Of a stretch of 41,997 nt of DNA, positions 35,983-41,997 are shown in pieces. The stretch covers positions 1-41,997 of the forward strand of contig JANMMV010000697.1 in assembly GCA_031373565.1 (NCBI GenBank), given 5' to 3'. Positions within the stretch are counted from its first letter, which is position 1. The number at the start of each line of letters is the position of its first letter. The notes beneath the pieces were generated by a model. The model was not told where the DNA came from. It did not search any database and worked only from the letters and a program-made list of their open reading frames with translations. A program made the translations under genes and the position numbers. This DNA comes from Saprospiraceae bacterium. Lineage in GTDB: Bacteria > Bacteroidota > Bacteroidia > Chitinophagales > Saprospiraceae.

Positions 35983-37026
35983 TTAGTTATTGATTTTGAT
36001 CAACTCTACTTCGAAAATCAAGTCAGCTTTTGGAGGAATAACGCCCGGATAACCTTGCTCTCCATAAGCCATATTCCAAGGAATGTACAACTTGTATTTT
36101 GCTCCTTCACTCATCAATTGAACGCCTTCTGTCCATCCTGGGATGACTTGATTGAGGCCAAAATCTATCGGTTGTCCTCTTTCAACAGAACTATCAAATA
36201 CTTTACCATCAGTCAATTTGCCTGTGTAGTGAACTTTGACATTGCTTGTCGCTACTGGTTTAGGACCACCTTTGCCTTCTTGGATCACGATGTAACCTAA
36301 GCCGCTTGGTGTGAAATTTGTAAACTCACCTTTTACTTTCTCGCTGATTAGTTTTGCTGCTGCTGCTTCTGCCTCTTTCTTTTGTGCACTGATCGACTTT
36401 GCATCTTCGAACGTTTTATTAGCATCCCATTTTTCAGCAACAGCGCCTTTGCGTAATATTTTTAGAGAGACGATACTGTCATTTTGCTTGATCGCGTTGA
36501 CAACATCCATTCCTTTGATCACATGACCGAAAACAGTATGCTTATTGTCTAACCAAGGTGTTTCTTTGTGCGTTATGAAGAACTGGGAGCCATTTGTAGC
36601 AGGACCAGAGTTAGCCATGCTCAAGATACCAGGACCCGAATGTTTTAGTGTTGAATCGAACTCATCATCAAATTTATAACCAGGATCACCTGTGCCTGTG
36701 CCCAGTGGGCAACCACCTTGAATCATAAAATCTGGGATAACGCGGTGAAATTTCAAACCATCAAAAAAGGGCTGACCAGCGGCTTTTTTGTTATTTGCCA
36801 TGGTACCTTCAGCTAGCGCTATAAAGTTAGCCACAGTGATAGGTGTCTTCACATGCTCGAGTACTAAGAAGATATCTCCTTTGTTCGTTTCGAATTTAGC
36901 ATACATGCCATCTGCTTGGCTCTTTAAAAATTCTTGATCCATTTTATTTAGTTTGCTTGATTTTTGAGCAGTTACTTTACCAAATATAAGTAGTGTAGCT
37001 GATAAGATTAAAAAGATTTTATTCAT
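35983..37026 (-). CDS. Secreted dual-family peptidyl-prolyl isomerase: N-terminal cyclophilin domain fused to a C-terminal FKBP domain
   Basis: Signal peptide [21 protein letters not shown]. Cyclophilin motifs [32 protein letters not shown] and HTVFGHV. An Ala/Lys linker follows. FKBP motifs [26 protein letters not shown] and [23 protein letters not shown]. Confidence 0.85.
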   Translation of the reverse strand: MNKIFLILSATLLIFGKVTAQKSSKLNKMDQEFLKSQADGMYAKFETNKGDIFLVLEHVKTPITVANFIALAEGTMANNKKAAGQPFFDGLKFHRVIPDFMIQGGCPLGTGTGDPGYKFDDEFDSTLKHSGPGILSMANSGPATNGSQFFITHKETPWLDNKHTVFGHVIKGMDVVNAIKQNDSIVSLKILRKGAVAEKWDANKTFEDAKSISAQKKEAEAAAAKLISEKVKGEFTNFTPSGLGYIVIQEGKGGPKPVATSNVKVHYTGKLTDGKVFDSSVERGQPIDFGLNQVIPGWTEGVQLMSEGAKYKLYIPWNMAYGEQGYPGVIPPKADLIFEVELIKINN

Positions 37027-37055
37027 TTTTGACAGTTTTAAAAAATTTTAAGTTG

Positions 37056-37063
37056 CAAATATA
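37056..37063 (-). promoter_or_regulatory. -7 box (TATATTTG) for the PPIase gene
   Basis: CAAATATA on + equals TAnnTTTG on the minus strand, about 30 nt upstream of the ATG at 37026. Confidence 0.45.
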
Positions 37064-37131
37064 ATTTATTTTTATAATGTGTATCGCTATTTTTGACATA
37101 TAAAAACACGCACAATAAAAATGACACTATT

Positions 37132-38136
37132 TTAAGACTGTTTTCTAGTCAAAAAGTTAGTTTTTAATCCATAAAGTTGTGTTAAAATTAATAGCAGAGC
37201 CCCAAAAGCAAAAATCCAGTAATAACTATTAGCTCTTGACATGGATTTAATTTCATGTATTTCTTTTGACGATGCATCCAGAAGTTGGTCAATGTCATTA
37301 CTTACATTTTGGGATTGCTCTATATCATAACTCTTACCGCCACCACTTGCTGCTATGTCAGCCAACGCTTCAAAATTGACTTTTGAGAGGACAGGTTCTC
37401 CATTTTCATCCATTTTGTAGCCATCACGATTGTTTTCGATCATCGGTATATATCCGCCTTTATCTGTCCCCACGCCGATTGTGAAGACCTTCATATTGAG
37501 ATCTGCGGCTTCTTCAGCAGCATCTGTAGCATCTTCTTCATGATCTTCTCCATCAGACAGTATGATCAAAGCTCTGCTGGCTGGTGTTTTTTGCTGCAGG
37601 TTGCGCGTAGCTAATTTGATAGCTGATCCGATGGCTGTGCCTTGCGTTCCCGCCATCTGGGTATTGATCGCTCTAACAAAAGTGATCGCTGCCCCTAAAT
37701 CATTGGTCAATGGCATCTGTAAATATGCGCTTCCTGCAAATAATATCAGGCCTATTCTATCTCCTTTGCGAGAAGTCATGATGTCTTCAGCCAGTTTTTT
37801 TGCTCTTTCGATTCTTGAAGGTGCGATATCCTGCGTATTCATACTATTGGAAATATCGATAGCTAAATAGATATCAGAACTTGCTACTGTGACAGATTCT
37901 TGCTGATGTCCCCATTGTGGATTGGCGATAGCGAACGTCAAAAGTACTAGTAGGCCAGCAAACCAAGTCATGCTATTTTTTGGCGACCATTGCGGTGCAT
38001 TAACCGTAAGGAGCTTCCGAAGTGCACTATTACCTATGCCAGCAGTATTTTTGGATTGAACGTATCTATACAATAAGTATGCGATGACGATGAGTAGCAG
38101 CAAAACAAATCCTGGTATGTATTCGATCCTAATCAT
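37132..38136 (-). CDS. batB: BatB-like membrane-anchored von Willebrand factor A protein
   Basis: N-terminal TM segment. VWA MIDAS motif LAIDISNSM, then ILFAGSAY, ALIILSDGEDH and VFTIGVG. C-terminal TM segment YYWIFAFGALLLIL. Confidence 0.75.
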   Translation of the reverse strand: MIRIEYIPGFVLLLLIVIAYLLYRYVQSKNTAGIGNSALRKLLTVNAPQWSPKNSMTWFAGLLVLLTFAIANPQWGHQQESVTVASSDIYLAIDISNSMNTQDIAPSRIERAKKLAEDIMTSRKGDRIGLILFAGSAYLQMPLTNDLGAAITFVRAINTQMAGTQGTAIGSAIKLATRNLQQKTPASRALIILSDGEDHEEDATDAAEEAADLNMKVFTIGVGTDKGGYIPMIENNRDGYKMDENGEPVLSKVNFEALADIAASGGGKSYDIEQSQNVSNDIDQLLDASSKEIHEIKSMSRANSYYWIFAFGALLLILTQLYGLKTNFLTRKQS

Positions 38137-38138
38137 AC

Positions 38139-39158
38139 TTATATCAGCGTGTTGTTTCTAAAATAGGTCAACGACAATATCCACCATAGCATCATCAAAA
38201 TAACACTAGCTAATAGCCATGGTCTAAAGGTATCTTTGTATTGCTTCGTAATATTGGTATCAATAGCTGATTTTTCTAATCGATTGATTTCGGCATAGAT
38301 ATTCTTAAGGTTTTCTTCGTTTGTAGCTCGGTAGTATTGACCATCGGTACGTCTTGCTATTCTGTCTAATAGTTCTTCGTCGATCTGCACTCTCGCCATT
38401 CCATAGATGTATTCTCCGTACCTGTCAACTCCCTGAAATGTCTCTGCCACACCAGTTGTTCCTATTCCGATTGTGTACACTTTGATATCGTATTCCTTGG
38501 CTAATTCAGCGGCGGTCATCGGGTCGATATCTCCTGAATTGTTTTCACCATCAGTCATTAGGATGATGATTCCGGATTTAGCTTTGCTTTCTTTGAGTCT
38601 GTTGACCGCAGAAGCTAATCCCATACCGATAGCAGTACCATCCTTGAGAATACCGGGTTCGATACTTTCTATGATAGATGTCAATACTTCGTGATCAAAC
38701 GTGATGGGGCATTGTGCAAAACTTTCACCTGAATATATCACCAAACCTATACGGTCATTCTGTCTTTGTCGCACAAAATCTGCAGCCAATAATTTGGTCG
38801 CTTCTAGACGATTGGGCTGAAAATCTCTGGACAACATACTAGCGGATACATCCAATGCAAGCATGATATCAATGCCTTCTGTCTTGATCGCTTCGTCTAC
38901 CAAAGGAATGCGTGGTCTAGCCAACGCAAAAATAATACATGTAGCAGCGGCGTATATCAAAATAGGTAAATATGGGATCAAACGAGCCCTAAAGGATATT
39001 GGCATTTTAGGACCACCAAGATGCGACATCTTCAAGGTGGGGGTGAGCTTATTTTTCTCCTTCGAAGCAAATGTCCGGTAAGCAAGCCAAAGCAATGGTA
39101 TGAAAAGCAAAAAACACCAAGGATGAGCCCAATCATATGAAAACAGTGATCTCATCAA
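38139..39158 (-). CDS. batA: BatA-like membrane-anchored von Willebrand factor A protein
   Basis: N-terminus FSYDWAHPWCFLLFIPLLWLAY plus a second TM segment. MIDAS motif LALDVSASM, then GLVIYSGESF, IIILMTDGENN and VYTIGIG. C-terminal TM segment. Confidence 0.75.
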   Translation of the reverse strand: MMRSLFSYDWAHPWCFLLFIPLLWLAYRTFASKEKNKLTPTLKMSHLGGPKMPISFRARLIPYLPILIYAAATCIIFALARPRIPLVDEAIKTEGIDIMLALDVSASMLSRDFQPNRLEATKLLAADFVRQRQNDRIGLVIYSGESFAQCPITFDHEVLTSIIESIEPGILKDGTAIGMGLASAVNRLKESKAKSGIIILMTDGENNSGDIDPMTAAELAKEYDIKVYTIGIGTTGVAETFQGVDRYGEYIYGMARVQIDEELLDRIARRTDGQYYRATNEENLKNIYAEINRLEKSAIDTNITKQYKDTFRPWLLASVILMMLWWILSLTYFRNNTLI

Positions 39159-40165
39159 TTGACTGCTTTAGTTTGGTGTACAAAGTCTATCGCTCGATCG
39201 AGAAATTGTGCATGAATGTCAATGCCCGGTTCGGCTTCTGCAAATTTGACAAGGTCGGCAATATCCAGAATCTCATCCATCTCGTGCATTAGTTCTTTAG
39301 AAATGCCGGTCTTCTTTAGTGCGGACAAGATCTGACTTGAAGTCATTTTAGGAGCTGATATGCTATATCTCTCGTGTATATATTGGCGCATGATATCCGT
39401 AAGTTGGGTTTGGAAAGATTTGTGTTTGCCTTCTAACCAGATTTTGTCCACCTTTAATTGTTGGAGTCCTTTGAGCGCCGTTTCGTGTGCTTGGGGATTG
39501 TTAATGAGTGGTTGAATCACTTTCTTACGACGGTTTTTTACCCACTTCCATACCAACCATAACGCCAAAATACCTGCAATGATCCATCCTATCCACAGAT
39601 AATCAACCCAAGTCTTTTGCTCGGCGATGATGTCCTTGATGGGATTGATAGACAAACTATCACTTTGAGCGACTCGACTAGGCAATAGTACTGTCAGCAG
39701 GGCCGGTTGGGTTTGAATGACTTTGGCAGTGCTATCAGCAACGATTGTTATGCCTGGGATCTTGAATTGTCCATGGTTATAAATCGCTATTTTGATCGTA
39801 TTTCTGAATGACACGAAACCACTTTCGGTTGTGAGTTCTATCTTGTCAAGACTGATCATTTGATCAAAGTCATTGAATGCCCATTTTCCGTAGTCCAATA
39901 TCTCAAGATCAGCTTTCGCATCATATTGTAAGCTATCTAGTAGATACGAAAGGTTCTGAAGCTCACCAAAATTGCTAAAATTGACCCCTTTACAGTCTGC
40001 AGAAGTAGGCACTTTTGCATATAATTCTACTTGCACGATGTCACCGATCGTCACCGTATCTTTTAGCGGCTTGGCTGTTGAGATGATTTGCGCGTTAAGA
40101 TCATAATAACCTAGGGCGATACTGCAAACCACAGCTAATATCTGGAAATATCTTTTCATCATCAT
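39155..40165 (-). CDS. Bat-operon membrane protein: signal peptide, extracytoplasmic domain, single TM, cytoplasmic helical domain (DUF4381-like core)
   Basis: 336 aa. TM segment WVDYLWIGWIIAGILALWLVWKWV followed by KNRRKK. Its position between DUF58 and BatA matches the small TM protein of Bat operons. It has ATGA-type overlaps with both neighbours. Confidence 0.5.
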   Translation of the reverse strand: MMMKRYFQILAVVCSIALGYYDLNAQIISTAKPLKDTVTIGDIVQVELYAKVPTSADCKGVNFSNFGELQNLSYLLDSLQYDAKADLEILDYGKWAFNDFDQMISLDKIELTTESGFVSFRNTIKIAIYNHGQFKIPGITIVADSTAKVIQTQPALLTVLLPSRVAQSDSLSINPIKDIIAEQKTWVDYLWIGWIIAGILALWLVWKWVKNRRKKVIQPLINNPQAHETALKGLQQLKVDKIWLEGKHKSFQTQLTDIMRQYIHERYSISAPKMTSSQILSALKKTGISKELMHEMDEILDIADLVKFAEAEPGIDIHAQFLDRAIDFVHQTKAVN

Positions 40166-41037
40166 CGCCTAGCTCTATTGTGAAAAAACGTCTGCAATGC
40201 TCTGAAACAATCTTGATCAGTACTAATATCTAATGTCGCTGCACCCGCTTGGGCAAATGCATTTTTATACTTCTCGTCCCAATACTTAAAATAATCGGCA
40301 TAATGTCTTCTAACGCTGGTATCGTCGGTATCCACCCATAGATCACCACTATTTTTGATATCACGCATACGAACTAAACCGCAAGCCGGGAGATTTTTCT
40401 CAATTTCATCATAGATTTTGATCCCTATGACGTCATGTTTATTGTTCAAAACTTTGAGCGACGCAAGAAATCCATCATTCATAAAATCAGAAATAACAAA
40501 GACAATACTTCGTTTTTTCTCAACATGATAGAGATATTCAATGGCTTTCGATAGATCACATGACAGGGTCGATGGTTCATGACGCACCATTTCGGTGATG
40601 ATTTTGAGCATGTGCTGTTTGCCTTTCTTAGGGGCAATATATTTTTCAACACCTTCAGTACATAAGAGAGCGCCTACTTTATCTTGATTATTAGTAGCTG
40701 AGAAAGCGATAGCTGCGGACAATTCTATCAATGTTTCGATTTTGAATTGTTGGGTCAACCCAAAATACATAGAAGCAGACATGTCGGCTATAATGACGAC
40801 ATTGAGTTCTCGTTCTTCCTCAAAAATCTTTATGTGTGGAGAATTGGTCCTAGCTGTTACATTCCAATCTATATTACGCACATCGTCACCATACTGATAA
40901 TCCCGAACCTCGCTAAAGGACATACCCTTGCCTTTGAAAGCAGAATGATAGTCACCACCAAACAGCTGTTGTGTTTGCCATTTGGTTTTGAGCTCTATGC
41001 GTTTGACTTTTTGTAATATCTCCTGTGCGGACTTCAT
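40162..41037 (-). CDS. DUF58-family protein (MoxR-associated, VWA-like)
   Basis: Start taken at MKSAQEILQKVKRIELKTK, where its ATG overlaps the upstream stop as ATGA; the track ORF extends to 41202. Hallmarks: YHSAFKGKGMSFSEVRDYQYGDDVRNIDWNVTAR and VVIIADMSASM. Confidence 0.8.
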   Translation of the reverse strand: MKSAQEILQKVKRIELKTKWQTQQLFGGDYHSAFKGKGMSFSEVRDYQYGDDVRNIDWNVTARTNSPHIKIFEEERELNVVIIADMSASMYFGLTQQFKIETLIELSAAIAFSATNNQDKVGALLCTEGVEKYIAPKKGKQHMLKIITEMVRHEPSTLSCDLSKAIEYLYHVEKKRSIVFVISDFMNDGFLASLKVLNNKHDVIGIKIYDEIEKNLPACGLVRMRDIKNSGDLWVDTDDTSVRRHYADYFKYWDEKYKNAFAQAGAATLDISTDQDCFRALQTFFHNRARR

Positions 41038-41997
41038 TTCAGTAAGATATCTTTTAAAATGGACTTGTTTTTTATGTATTGAGCTACTTGTAAGTATGGA
41101 ATAACGATCTCCAGCTCTCCAAAAATAGTACTGAAAGGACTTTTTAGGACAATGCCTTCTTGCGACAAGATCGTATGTGGGAATAACTGTTCCAATGCCC
41201 ATTTCTTTTTATCCTGCGACAAAATCACATGCTGATGATACGTCTCGACGGTCTCTTTTAGTAATTCATCTGTATTGAACTCTGATGCAAACACATCTTT
41301 GATCTTGATTTCGCGACCTTCGTTTAGATTGTAAATAAATGATACCATATCAGTGCCGTTATGCCACGAGGATTGGAAATAAATGGTTCCGCTGATCAGA
41401 TCATCGAGAAACAAGCTTACTTCTACCCATGATTCGGCTGATTGTGACCATCGATCGGCCAAACCCAGTTTTTGGTTCTTTTGTGAAGAAAGCTCCTTGG
41501 TATTTTTCAGTATCCACTCACGACATTGATCTTCTATCCAAAGATCAAATTTTTTATGCCCAAGCACTGGTCTTCTACATTGCATGCGACAGATATTGTC
41601 CGCATGGTTGAAGCAGTCATAGGTCATTTTGCGGGCAGCCTTTATGGTTTGGACGTTTTCATAATTGCCATCATCAAGTCTCGACAAGGCAATCTTCGTC
41701 ATGTCTAAGGTATCGATGACGATGGTCATGCCGTGGAGGGCTGACTTAGGGTCGTTGATAGGTAGATTATAAATACGTTCTATTTCAGGTTTGATAATGG
41801 CGTCTGTGGTCAATACATCGTTTTGCCATATTTGATAAGTAAATATTTCAGCTTGACGCTTGATATTCATTTTGGTAGCTTTGTCATCAACCTTGCCAGA
41901 AAAGTATTGCTCCCAGTATTTATCTCTACAAAGGGTAGGTTGGTAGTCATTAAAAGCATTTACAAAATGAAGCGCAAAAGGAATAGCCCGCTTTTTA
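41034..41997 (-). CDS. Hypothetical protein with a DUF3298-like C-terminal domain; 5' end probably beyond the window
   Basis: The frame stays open from 41870 to the right edge (hand translation ...FALHFVNAFNDYQPTLCRDKYWEQYFSGKVDDKATKMNIK...). SSWHNGTDMVSFIYNLNEGREIKIKDVF and the tail QEGIVLKSPFSTIFGELEIVIPY resemble the DUF3298 pattern. No P-loop is present. Confidence 0.45.
   Translation of the reverse strand, partial: KKRAIPFALHFVNAFNDYQPTLCRDKYWEQYFSGKVDDKATKMNIKRQAEIFTYQIWQNDVLTTDAIIKPEIERIYNLPINDPKSALHGMTIVIDTLDMTKIALSRLDDGNYENVQTIKAARKMTYDCFNHADNICRMQCRRPVLGHKKFDLWIEDQCREWILKNTKELSSQKNQKLGLADRWSQSAESWVEVSLFLDDLISGTIYFQSSWHNGTDMVSFIYNLNEGREIKIKDVFASEFNTDELLKETVETYHQHVILSQDKKKWALEQLFPHTILSQEGIVLKSPFSTIFGELEIVIPYLQVAQYIKNKSILKDILLK

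Noticed and set aside
41038-41202. Upstream extension of the DUF58 ORF, which would overlap the preceding gene by about 170 nt
   Set aside because: The internal Met at 41037 forms an ATGA overlap with the upstream stop, and the product then begins where DUF58 proteins normally begin (..KVKRIELKTK..).
41034-41997. Expected a MoxR AAA+ ATPase upstream of DUF58
   Set aside because: No Walker A (GxxxxGK[ST]) or other AAA+ signature appears in the visible roughly 320 codons. The C-terminus looks DUF3298-like instead.

Overview
AT-rich, Bacteroidota-like chromosomal window. The phylum is inferred from TAnnTTTG-type -7 boxes, hybrid two-component sensors with AraC outputs, a Bat/DUF58/VWA operon, many 1-4 nt gene overlaps and no obvious Shine-Dalgarno use. 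There are about 36 protein genes; I saw no rRNA, tRNA or CRISPR. Layout: (i) 1-7093 is a minus-strand signalling island: a periplasmic-TPR HisKA_3 kinase, three secreted proteins of unknown function (one a tandem trypsin-fold protein whose catalytic residues look substituted), a LuxR-type response regulator and a partial 7TM receptor. (ii) 7424-9547 holds gene fragments, one IS110-family DEDD recombinase gene with about 300 nt of upstream non-coding DNA (bridge/seek-RNA candidate), and a strict 11-bp x14 tandem array. (iii) 9886-13259 holds a secreted DmpA/S58 peptidase, a SnoaL-like lipoprotein and a PGM1-like ATP-grasp ligase. (iv) 13961-25836 is the part I consider most novel. It has three secreted proteins of unknown function and two tandem ~1370-aa hybrid two-component sensors. 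These are tied together by three copies of one promoter/operator module: a leftward -7 box, then 11-nt TCTCGCA-core direct repeats phased at exactly 21 bp. One copy is an orphan with no gene behind it. (v) 25959-37026 is housekeeping: tadA, tdk, rsmA, yqeY, sucB, def, ruvX and a cyclophilin-FKBP fusion. (vi) 37132-41997 is a translationally coupled Bat-like operon with no adjacent MoxR and no BatC-E. All calls come from reading translations and DNA by eye. No database search was run, and start codons are provisional.
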